From assembly GCF_009914755.1 (NCBI RefSeq), contig NC_060925.1: 64,000 nucleotides of DNA; one strand, 5' to 3'. The notes under the pieces were generated by a model that did not search any database, was not told the origin of the DNA, and saw only the letters and a program-made list of their open reading frames with translations. The stretch is from the human T2T-CHM13v2.0 reference genome, Homo sapiens. The stretch's first letter is position 1. Each line of letters starts with the position of its first letter. Positions 39,705 through 52,079 of the stretch are shown piece after piece. Made by a program: the position numbers and the translations under genes.

Positions 39705-40960
39705 AGAGTGTTTCCTAACTGCTCTATGAAAAGAAAGGTTAAACTCTGTGAGTTGAACGCACACATCACAAAGGATTTTCTGAGAATCATTCTGTCTAGT
39801 CTTTATACGAAGATAGTTTCCTTTTCTACCATTGACCTCAAGCGGCTGAAATCTCCACTTGCAAATTCCACAAAAAGAGTGTTTCAAGTCTGCTCTCTGT
39901 AAAGCGTCGTTCAACTCTTTGAGTTGAATACACACAACACAAGGAAGTTACTGAGAATTATTCTGCCTAGCATAATATGAAGAAATCCCGTTTCCAACGA
40001 AGGCCTCAAGCAGGTCTGAATATCCACTTGCATACTTTACAAACAGAGTGTTTCCTAACTGCTCTATGAAAAGAAAGGTTAAACACTGTGAGTTGAACGC
40101 ACACATCACAAAGGAGTTTATGAGAATCATTCTGTCTAGTTTTTCTACGAAGATATTTCCTTTTCTACTATTGACCTCAAAGCGGCTGAAATCTCCACTT
40201 GCAAATTCCACAAAAAGAGCGTTTCAAGACTGCTCTATGTAAAGGATCGTTCAACTCTGTGAGTTGAATACACACAACACAAGGAAGTTACTGAGAATTC
40301 TTCTGTCTAGCAGAATATGAAGAAATCCCGTTTCCAACGAAGGCCTCAAAGAGGTCTGAATATCCACTTGCAGACTTTACAAACAGAGTGTTTCCTAACT
40401 GCTCTATGAAAAGAAATGTTAAACTCTGTGAGTTGAACGCACACATCACAAAGGATTTTCTGAGAATCATTCTGTCTAGTCTTTATACGAAGATAGTTTC
40501 CTTTTCTACCATTGACCTCAAGCGGCTGAAATCTCCACTTGCAAATTCCACAAAAAGAGTGTTTCAAGTCTGCTCTCTGTAAAGCGTCGTTCAACTCTGT
40601 GAGTTGAATACACACAACACAAGGAAGTTACTGAGAATTATTCTGTCTAGCATAATATGAAGAAATCCCGTTTCCAACGAAGGCCTCAAGCAGGTCTGAA
40701 TATCCACTTGCATACTTTACAAACAGAGTGTTTCCTAACTGCTCTATGAAAAGAAAGGTTAAACTCTGTGAGTTGAACGCACACATCACAAAGGAGTTTA
40801 TGAGAATCATTCTGTCTTGTTTCTATAGGAAGATATTTCCTATTCTACCATTGAGCTCAAAGCGGCTGAAATCTCCACTTGCAAATTCCACAAAAAGAGT
40901 GTTTCAAGTCTGCTCTGTGTAAAGGATCGTTCAACTCTGTGAGTTGAATACACACAACAC
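39600..40960 (-). repeat. Tandem 680-bp (4-monomer) duplication
   Basis: Pairs 39608/40288 and 39948/40628 share acctcaagcgg, aaagcgtcgtt, caagcaggtc and gcatacttt, with a few differences between the copies. Confidence 0.75.
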
Positions 40961-43900
40961 AAGGAAGTTACTGAGAATTATTCTGTCTAGCATAATATGA
41001 AGAAATCCCGTTTCCAACGAAGGCCTCAAAGAGGTCTGAATATCCACTTGCAGACTTTAGAAACAGAGTGTTTCCTAACTGCTCTATGAAAAGAAAAGTT
41101 AAACTCTGTGAGTTGAACGCACACATCACAAAAGAGTTTCTGAGAATCATTCTGTCTAGTCTTTATACGAACATAGTTTCCTTTTCTACCATTGACCTCA
41201 AAGCGGCTGAAATCTCCACTTGCAAATTCCACAAAAAGAGTGTTTCAAGTCTGCTCTGTGTAAAGGATCGTTCAACTCTGTGAGTTGAATACACACAACA
41301 CAAGGAAGTTACTGAGAATTCTTCTGTCTATCAGAATATGAAGAAATCCCGTTTCCAAAGAAGGCCTCAAGGAGGTCTGAATATGCACTTGCAGACTTTA
41401 CAAAGAGAGTGTTTCCTAACTGCTCTATGAAAAGGAAGGTTAAACTCTGTGAGTTGAACGCACGCATCACAAAGGAGTTTATGAGAATCATTCTGTCTAG
41501 TTTCTATAGGAAGATATTTCCTATTCTACCGTTGACCTCAAAGCGGCTGAAATCTCCACTTGCAAATTCCACAAAAAGCGTGTTTCAAGTCTGCTCTGTG
41601 TAAATGATCGTTCAACTCTGTGAGTTGAATACACACAACACAAGGAAGTTACTGAGAATTCTTCTGTCTAGCAGAATATGAAGAAATCCCGTTTCCAACG
41701 AAGGCCACAAGATGTCAGAATATCCACTTACAGACTTTACAAACAGAGTGTTTCCTAACTGCTCTATGAACAGAAAGGTTAAACTCTGTGAGTTGAACGA
41801 ACACATCACAACGCAGTTTGTGGGAATGATTCTGTCTAGTTTTGAAACGAAGATATTTCCTTTTCTGCCATTGACCTTAAAGCGCTTGAAATCTACACTT
41901 GCAAAATGCACAAATAGAGTGTTTCAAATCTGCTCTGTCTAAGGGAACGTTCAACTCTGTGAGTTGAATGCACACAACACAAGGAAGTTACTGGGAATTC
42001 TTCTGTCTAGCCTTACATGAAAAAAACCCGTTTCCAACGAAGGCCTCTAAGTGGTCAAAATATCCACGTGCAGACTTTAGAAACAGAGTGTTTCCAAACC
42101 GCTGAATGAAAAGAAAAGTTAAACTCTGAGAGTTGAACGCACACATCACGCAGCAGTTTCTGAGAATGATTCTGTCTAGTTTTTATACGAAGATATTTCC
42201 TTTTCTGCCTTTGGCCCCAAAGCGCTTGAAATCTCCACTTGCAAATTCCACAAAAACAGTGTTTCAAATCTGCTCTCTCTAAATGAAAGTTCAACTCTGT
42301 CAGTTGAATACACACAACACAAGGAAGTTGCTGAGAATTCTTCTGTCTAGCATAATATGAAGAAATCCCGTTTCCAACGAAGGCCTCAAAGGGGTCTGAA
42401 TATCCACTTGCAGACTTTATAAACAGAGTGTTTACTAACTGCTCTATGAAAAGAAAGGTTAAACTCTGTGAGTTGAACACACACATCACAAAGGAGTTTC
42501 TGACAATCATTCTGTCTAGTTTTTCTACGAAGATATTTCCTTTTCTACTATTGACCTCAAAGCGGCTGAAATCTCCACTTGCAAATTCCACAAAAAGAGT
42601 GTTTCAAGTCTGCTCTGTGTAAAGGATCGTTCAACTCTGTGAGTTGAATACACACAACACAAGGAAGTTACTGAGAATTCTTCTGTCTAGCAGAATATGA
42701 AGAAATCCCGTTTCCAACGAAGGCCTCAAAGAGGTCTGAATATCCACTTGCAGACTTTACAAACAGAGTGTTTCCTAACTGCTCTATGAAAAGAAAAGTT
42801 AAACTCTGTGAGTTGAACGCACACATCACAAAGGATTTTCTGAGAATCATTCTGTCTAGTCTTTATACGCAGATAGTTTCCTTTTCTACCATTGACCTCA
42901 AGCGGCTGAAATCTCCACTTGCAAATTCCACAAAAAGAGTGTTTCAAGTCTGCTCTCTGTAAAGCGTCGTTCAACTCTGTGACTTGAATACACACAACAC
43001 AAGGAAGTTACTGAGAATTATTCTGTCTAGCATAATATGCAGAAATCCCTTTTCCAAAGAAGGCCGCAAGCAGGTCTGAATATCCACTTGCAGACTTTAC
43101 AAACAGAGTGTTTCCTAACTGCTCTATGAAAAGAAAGGTTAAACTCTGTGAGTTGAACGCACACATCACAAAGGAGTTTATGAGAATCATTCTGTCTAGT
43201 TTCTTTAGGAAGATATTTCCTATTCTACCATTGAGCTCAAAGCGGCTGAAATCTCCACTTGCAAATCCCACAAAAAGAGTTTTTCAAGTCTGCTCTCTGT
43301 AAAGGATCGTTCAACTCTGTGAGTTGAATACACACAACACAAGGAAGTTACTGAGAATTATTCTGTCTAGCATAATATGAAGAAATCCCGTTTCCAACGA
43401 AGGCCTCAAAGAGGTCTGAATATCCACTTGCAGACTTTACAAACAGAGTGTTTCCTAACTGCTCTATGAAAAGAAAAGTTAAACTCTGTGAGTTGAACGC
43501 ACACATCACAAAGGATTTTCTGAGAATCATTCTGTCTAGTCTTTATACGAAGATAGTTTCCTTTTCTACCATTGACCTCAAAGCGGCTGAAATCTCAAAT
43601 TGCAAATTCCACAAAAAGAGTGTTTCAAGTCTGCTCTGTGTAAAGGATCGTTCAACTCTGTGAGTTGAATACACACAACACAAGGAAGTTACTGAGAATT
43701 CTTCTGTCTATCAGAATATGAAGAAATCCCGTTTCCAAAGAAGGCCTCAAGGAGGTCTGAATATCCACTTGCAGACTTTACAAACAGAGTGTTTCCTAAC
43801 TGCTCTATGAAAAGGAAAGTTAAACTCTGTGAGTTGAACGCACACATCACAAAGGAGTTTCTGAGAATCATTCTGTCTAGTCTTTATACGAAGATATTTC

Positions 43901-46900
43901 CTTTTCTACCGTTGACCTCAAAGCGGCTGAAATCTCCACTTGCAAATTCCACAAAAAGAGTGTTTCAAGTCTGCTCTGGGTAAAGGATCGTTCAACTCTG
44001 TGAGTTGAATACACACAACACAAGGAAGTTACTGAGAATTCTTCTGCCTAGCAGAATATGAAGAAATCCCGTTTCCAAAGAAGGCCTCAAGGAGGTCTGA
44101 ATATCCACTTGCAGACTTTACAAACAGAGTGTTTCCTAACTGCTCTATGAAAAGAAAGGTTAAACTCTGTGAGTTGAACGCACACATCACAAAGGAGTTT
44201 CTGAGAATCATTCTGTCTAGTTTCTATAGGAAGATATTTCCTAATCTAACATTGACCTCAAAGCGGCTGAAATCTCCACTTGCAAATTCCACAAAACCAG
44301 TGTTTCAAGTCTGCTCTCTGTAAAGGATCGTTCAGCTCTGTGAGTTGAATACACACAACAAAAGGAAGTTACTGAGAATTATTCTGTCTAGCATAATATG
44401 AAGAAATCCCGTTTCCAACGAAGGCCTGAAAGAGGTCTGAATATCCACTTGCAGACTTTACAAACTGAGTGTTTCCAAACGGCTCTATGAAAAGAAAAGT
44501 TAAACTCTGTGAGTTGAACGCACACATCACAAAGGATTTTCTGAGAATCATTCTGTCTAGTCTTTATACGAACATAGTTTCCTTTTCTACCATTGACCTC
44601 AAAGCGGCTGAAATCTCCACTTGCAAATTCCACAAAAAGAGTGTTTCAAGTCTGCTCTGTGTAAAGGATCGTTCAACTCTGTGAGTTGAATACACACAAC
44701 ACAAGGAAGTTACTGAGAATTCTTCTGTCTAGCAGAATATGAAGAAATCCCGTTTCCAACGAAGGCCACAAGATGTCAGAATATCCACTTACAGACTTTA
44801 CAAACAGAGTGTTTCCTAACTGCTCTATGAACAGAAAGGTTAAACTCTGTGCGTTGAACGAACACATGACAACGCAGTTTCTGGGAATGATTCTGTCTAG
44901 TTTGGAGACGAAGATATTTCCTTTTCTGCCATTGACCTTAAAGCGCTTGAAATCTACACTTGCAAATTGCACAAATAGAGTGTTTCAAATCTGCTCTGTC
45001 TAAGGGAACGTTCAACTCTGTGAGTTGAATGCACACAACACAAGGAAGTTACTGGGAATTCTTCTGTCTAGCCTTACATGAAAAAAACCCGTTTCCAACG
45101 AAGGCCTCTAAGTGGTCAAAATATCCACGTGCAGACTTTACAAACAGAGTGTTTCCAAACCGCTGAATGAAAAGAAAAGTTAAACTTTGAGAGTTGAACG
45201 CACGCATCACGCAGCAGTTTCTGAGAATGATTCTGTCTAGTTTTTATACGAAGATATTTCCTTTTCTGCTTTTGGCCCCAAAGCGCTTGAAATCTCCACT
45301 TGCAAATTCCACAAAAACAGTGTTTCAAATCTGCTCTCTCTAAATGAAAGTTCAACTCTGTCAGTTGAATACACACAACACAAGGAAGTTACTGAGAATT
45401 CTTCTGTCTAGCATAATATGAAGAAATCCCGTTTCCAACGAAGGCCTCAAAGAGGTCTGAATATCCACTTGCAGACTTTACAAACAGAGTGTTTCCTAAC
45501 TGCTCTATGAAAAGAAAGGTTAAACTCTGTGAGGTGAACGCACACATCACAAAGGAGTTTCTGAGAATCATTCTGTCTATTTTCTATAGGAAGATATTTC
45601 CTATTCTACCATTGACCTCAAAGCGGCTGAAATCTCCACTTGCAAATTCCACAAAAACAGTGTTTCAATCTGCTCTCTGTAAAGGATCGTTCAACTCTGT
45701 GAGTTGAATACACACAACACAAGGAAGTTACTGAGAATTATTCTGTCTAGCATAATATGAAGAAATCCCGTTTCCAACGAAGGCCTGAAAGAGGTCTGAA
45801 TATCCACTTGCAGACTTTACAAACAGAGTGTTTCCTAACTGCTCTATGAAAAGAAAAGTTAAACTCTGTGAGTTGAACGCACACATCACAAAGGAGTTTC
45901 TGAGAATCATTCAGTCTAGTCTTTATACGAAGATATTTCCTTTTCTACCATTGACCTCAAAGCGGGTGAAATCTCCACTTGCAAATTCCACAAAAAGAGT
46001 GTTTCAAGTCTGCTCTGTGTAAAGGATCGTTCAACTCTGTGAGTTGAATACACACAACACAAGGAAGTTACTGAGAATTCTTCTGTCTAGCAGAATATGA
46101 AGAAATCCCGTTTCCAACGAAGGCCACAAGATGTCAGAATATCCACTTACAGACTTTACAGAGTGTTTCCTAACTGCTCTATGAACAGAAAGGTTAAACT
46201 CTGTGAGTTGAACGAACACATCACAACGCAGTTTGTGGGAATGATTCTGTCTAGTTTTGAAACGAAGATATTTCCTTTTCTGCCATTGACCTTAAAGCGC
46301 TTGAAATCTACACTTGCAAATTGCACAAATAGAGTGTTTCAAATCTGCTCTGTCTAAGGGAACGTTCAACTCTGTGAGTTGAATGCACACAACACAAGGA
46401 AGTTACTGGGAATTCTTCTGTCTAGCCTTACATGCAAAAAACCCGTTTCCAACGAAGGCCTCTAAGTGGTCAAAATATCCACGTGCAGACTTTACAAACA
46501 GAGGGTTTCCAAACCGCTGAATGAAATGAAAAGTTAAACTCTGAGAGTTGAACGCACACATCACGCAGCAGTTTCTGAGAATGATTCTGTCTAGTTTTTA
46601 TACGAAGATATTTCCTTTTCTGCCTTTGGCCCCAAAGCGCTTGAAATCTCCACTTGCAAATTCCACAAAAACAGTGTTTCAAATCTGCTCTCTCTAAATG
46701 AAAGTTCAACTCTGTCAGTTGAATACACACAACACAAGGACGTTACTGAGAATTCTTCTGTCTAGCATAATATGAAGAAATAACGTTTCCAACGAAGGCC
46801 TCAACGGGGCCTGAATATCCACTTGCAGACTTTATAAACAGACTTTTTACTAACTGCTCTATGAAAAGAAAGGTTAAACTCTGTGAGTTGAACACACACA

Positions 46901-49900
46901 TCACAAAGGAGTTTCTGAGAATCATTCTGTCTACTTTCTATAGGAAGATATTCCCTATTCTACCATTGACCTCAAAGCGGCTGAAATCTCCACTTGCAAA
47001 TTCCACAAAAAGAGTGTTTCAAGTCTGCTCTCTGTAAAGGATCGTTCAACTCTGTGAGTGGAATACACACAACACAAGGAAGTTACTGAGAATTATTCTG
47101 TCTAGCATAATATGAAGAAATCCCGTTTCCAACGAAGGCCTCAAAGAGGTCTGAATATCCACTTGCAGACTTTACAAACAGAGTGTTTCCTAACTGCTCT
47201 ATGAAAAGAAAGGTTAAACTCTGTGAGTTGAACGCACACATCACAAAGGAGTTCATGAGAATCATTTTGTCTAGGTTCTATAAGAAGATATTTCCTATTC
47301 TACCATTGACCTCAAAGCGGCTGAAATCTCCACTTGCAAATTCGACAAAAAGAGTGTTTCAAGCCTGCTCTCTGTAAAGGATCCTTCAACTCTGTGAGTT
47401 GAATACACACAACACAAGGAAGTTACTGAGAATTATTCTGTCTAGCATAAAATGAAGAAATCCCGTTTCCAACGAAGGCCTCAAAGAGGTCTGAATATCC
47501 ACTTGCACACTTTACAAACAGAGTGTTTCCTAACTGCTCTATGAGAAGAAAAGTTAAACTCTGTGAGTTGAACGCACACATCACAAAAGATTTTCTGAGA
47601 ATCATTCTGTCTAGTCTTTATATGAAGATAGTTTCCTTTTCTACCATTGACCTCAAAGCGGCTGAAATCTCCACTTGCAAATTCCACAAAAAGAGTGTTT
47701 CAAGTCTGCTCTGTGTAAAGGATCGTTCAACTCTGTGAGTTGAATACACACAACACAAGGAAGTTACTGAGAATTCTTCTGTCTAGCAGAATATGAAGAA
47801 ATCCCGTTTCCAACGAAGGCCACAAGATGTCAGAATATCCACTTACAGACTTTACAAACAGAGTGTTTCCTAACTGCTCTATGAACAGAAAGGTTAAACT
47901 CTGTGAGTTGAACGAACACATCACAACGCAGTTTGTGGGAATGATTCTGTCTAGTTTTGAAACGAAGATATTTCCTTTTCTGCCATTGACCTTAAAGCGC
48001 TTGAAATCTACACTTGCAAATTGCACAAATAGAGTGTTTCAAATCTGCTCTGTCTAAGGGAACGTTCAACTCTGTGAGTTGAATGCACACAACACAAGGA
48101 AGTTACTGGGAATTCTTCTGTCTAGCCTTACATGAAAAAAACCCGTTTCCAACGAAGGCCTCTAAGTGGTCAAAATTTCCACGTGCAGACTTTACAAACA
48201 GAGTGTTTCCAAACCGCTGAATGAAAAGAAAAGTTAAACTCTGAGAGTTGAACGCACACATCACGCAGCAGTTTCTGAGAATGATTCTGTCTAGTTTTTA
48301 TACGAAGATATTTCCTTTTCTGCCTTTGGCCCCAAAGCGCTTGAAATCTCCACTTGCAAATTCCACAAAAACAGTGTTTCAAATCTGCTCTCTCTAAATG
48401 AAAGTTCAACTCTGTCAGTTGAATACACACAACACAAGGAAGTTACTGAGAATTCTTCTGTCTAGCATAATATGAAGAAATCCCGTTTCCAACGAAGGCC
48501 TCAAAGGGGTCTGAATATCCACATGCAGACTTTATAAACAGAGTGTTTACTAACTGCTGTATGAAAAGAAAGGTTAAACTCTGTGAGTTGAACACACACA
48601 TCACAAAGGAGTTTCTGAGAATCATTCTGTCTAGTTTTTCTACGAAGATATTTTCTTTTCTACCATTGACCTCAAAGCGGCTGAAATCTCCACTTGCAAA
48701 TTCCACAAAAAGAGTGTTTCAAGTCTGCTCTGTGTAAAGGATCGTTCAACTCTGTGAGTTGAATACACACAACACAAGGAAGTTACTGAGAATTCTTCTG
48801 TCTAGCAGAATATGAAGAAATCCCGTTTCCAACGAAGGCCTCAAGGAGGTCTGTATATCCACTTGCAGACTTTACAAACAGAGTGTTTCCTAACTGCTCT
48901 ATGAAAAGAAAGGTTAAACTCTGTGAGTTGAACGCACACATCACAAAGGAGTTTATGAGAATCATTCTGTCTAGTTTCCATAGGAAGATATTTCCTATTC
49001 TACCATTGACCTCAAAGCGGCTGAAATCTCCACTTGGAAATTCCACAAAAAGAGTGTTTCAAGTCTGCTCTGTGTAAAGGATCGTTCAACTCTGTGAGTT
49101 GAATACACACAACACAAGGAAGTTACTGAGAATTCTTCTGTCTAGCAGAATATGAAGAAATCCCGTTTCCAACGAAGGCCTCAAAGAGGTCTGAATATCC
49201 ACTTGCAGACTTTACAAACAGAGTGTTTCCTAACTGCTCTATGAAAAGAAAAATTAAACTCTGTGAGTTGAACGCAGACATCACAAAGGAGTTTCTGAGA
49301 ATCATTCTGTCTAGTCTTTATACGAAGATATTTCCTTTTCTACCATTGACCTCAAAGCGGCTGAAATCTCCACTTGCAAATTCCACAAAAAGAGTGTTTC
49401 AAGTCTGCTCTGTGTAAAGGATCGTTCAACTCTGTGAGTTGAATACACACAACACAAGGAAGTTACTGAGAATTCTTCTGTCTAGCAGAATATGAAGAAA
49501 TCCCGTTTCCAACGAAGGCCACAAGATGTCAGAATATCCACTTACAGACTTTACAAACAGAGTGTTTCCTAACTGCTCTATGAACAGAAAGGTTAAACTC
49601 TGTGAGTTGAACGAACACATCACAACGCAGTTTGTGGGAATGATTCTGTGTAGTTTTGAAACGAAGATATTTCCTTTTCTGCCATTGACCTTAAAGCGCT
49701 TGAAATCTACACTTGCAAATTGCACAAATAGAGTGTTTCAAATCTGCTCTGTCTAAGGGAACGTTCAACTCTGTGAGTTGAATGCACACAACACAAGGAA
49801 GTTACTGGGAATTCTTCTGTCTAGCCTTACATGAAAAAAACCCGTTTCCAACGAAGGCCTCTAAGTGGTCAAAATATCCACGTGCAGACTTTACAAACAG

Positions 49901-52079
49901 AGTGTTTCCAAACCGCTGAATGAAAAGAAAAGTTAAACTCTGAGAGTTGAACGCACACATCACGCAGCAGTTTCTGAGAATGATTCTGTCTAGTTTTTAT
50001 ACGAAGATATTTCCTTTTTTGCCTTTGGCCCCAAAGCGCTTGAAATCTCCACTTGCAAATTCCACAAAAACAGTGTTTCAAATCTGCTCTCTCTAAATGA
50101 AAGTTCAACTCTGTCAGTTGAATACACACAACACAAGGAAGTTACTGAGAATTCTTCTGTCTAGCACAATGTGAAGAAATCCCGTTTCCAACGAAGGCCT
50201 CAAGGGGTCTGAATATCCACTTGCAGACTTTATAAACAGAGTGTTTACTAACTGCTCTATGAAAAGAAAGGTTAAACTCTGTGAGTTGAACACACACATC
50301 ACAAAGGAGTTTCTGAGAATCATTCTGTCTAGTTTTTCTATGAAGATATTTCCTTTTCTACTATTGACCTCAAAGCGGCTGAAATCTCCACTTGCAAATT
50401 CCACAGAAAGAGTGTTTCAAGTCTGCTCTGTGTAAAGGATCGTTCAACTCTGTGAGTTGAATACACACAACACAAGGAAGTTACTGAGAATTCTTCTGTC
50501 TAGCAGAATATGAAGAAATCCCGTTTCCAACGAAGGCCTCAAAGAGGTCTGAATATCCACTTGCAGACTTTACAAACAGAGTGTTTCCTAACTGCTCTAT
50601 GAACAGAAAGGTTAAACTCTGTGAGTTGAACGCACACATCACAAAGGAGTTTCTGAGAATCATTCTGTCTAGTCTTTATACGAAGATATTTCCTTTTCTA
50701 CCATTGACCTCAAAGCGGCTGAAATCTCCACTTGCAAATTCCACAAAAAGAGTGTTTCAAGTCTGCTCTGTGTAAAGGATCGTTCAACTCTGTGAGTTGA
50801 ATACACACAACACAAGGAATTTACTGAGAATTCTTCTGTCTAGCAGAATATGAAGAAATACCGTTTCCAACGAAGGCCTCAAAGGGGTCTGAATATCCAC
50901 TTGCAGACTTTACAAACAGAGTGTTTCCTAACTGCTCTATGAAAAGAAAGGTTAAACTCTGTGATTTGAACGCACACATCACAAAGGAGTTTCTGAGAAT
51001 CATTCTGTCTAGTTTCTATAGGAAGATATTTCCTATTCTACCATTGACCTCAAAGCGGCTGAAATCTCCACTTGCAAATTCCACAAAAAGAGTGTTTCAA
51101 GTCTGCTCTCTGTAAAGGATCGTTCAACTCTGTGAGTTGAATACACACAACACAAGGAAGTTACTGAGAATTCTTCTGTCTAGCATAATATGAGGAAATC
51201 CCGTTTCCAACGAAGGCCTCAAAGAGGTCTGAATATCCACTTGCAGACTTTACAAACAGAGTGTTTCCTAACTGCTCTATGAAAAGAAAAGTTAAACTCT
51301 GTGAGTTGAACGCACACATCACAAAGGAGTTTCTGAGAATCATTCTGTCTAGTCTTTATACGAAGATATTTCCTTTTCTACCATTGACCTCAAAGCGGCT
51401 GAAATCTCCACTTGCAAATTCCACAAAAAGAGTGTTTCAAGTCTGCTCTGTGTAAAGGATCGTTCAACTCTGTGAGTTGAATACACACAACACAAGGAAG
51501 TTACTGAGAATTCTTCTGTCTAGCAGAATATGAAGAAATCCCGTTTCCAACGAAGGCCACAAGATGTCAGAATATCCACTTACAGACTTTAGAAACAGAG
51601 TGTTTCCTAACTGCTCTATGAACAGAAAGGTTAAACTCTGCGAGTTGAACGGACTCATCACAACGCAGTTTCTGGGAATGATTCTGTCTAGTTTTGAAAC
51701 GAAGATATTTCCTTTTCTGCCATTGACCTTAAAGCGCTTGAAATCTACACTTGCAAATTGCAGAAATAGAGTGTTTCAAATCTGCTCTGTCTAAGGGAAC
51801 GTTCAACTCTGTGAGTTGAATGCACACAACACAAGGAAGTTACTGGGAATTCTTCTGTCCAGCCTTACATGAAAAAAACCCGTTTCCAACGAAGGCCTCT
51901 AAGTGGTCAAAATATCCACGTGCAGACTTTACAAACAGAGTGTTTCCAAACCGCTGAATGAAAAGAAAAGTTAAACTCTGAGAGTTGAACGCACACATCA
52001 CGCAGCAGTTTCTGAGAATGATTCTGTCTAGTTTTTATACGAAGATATTTCCTTTTCTGCCTTTGGCCCGAAAGCGCTT

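Noticed and set aside
42055-42591. Longest ORF (178 aa)
   Set aside because: It is a fusion of two routine repeat ORFs caused by one SNV at 42330 (TAA>CAA on the minus strand), with no sign of coding function.
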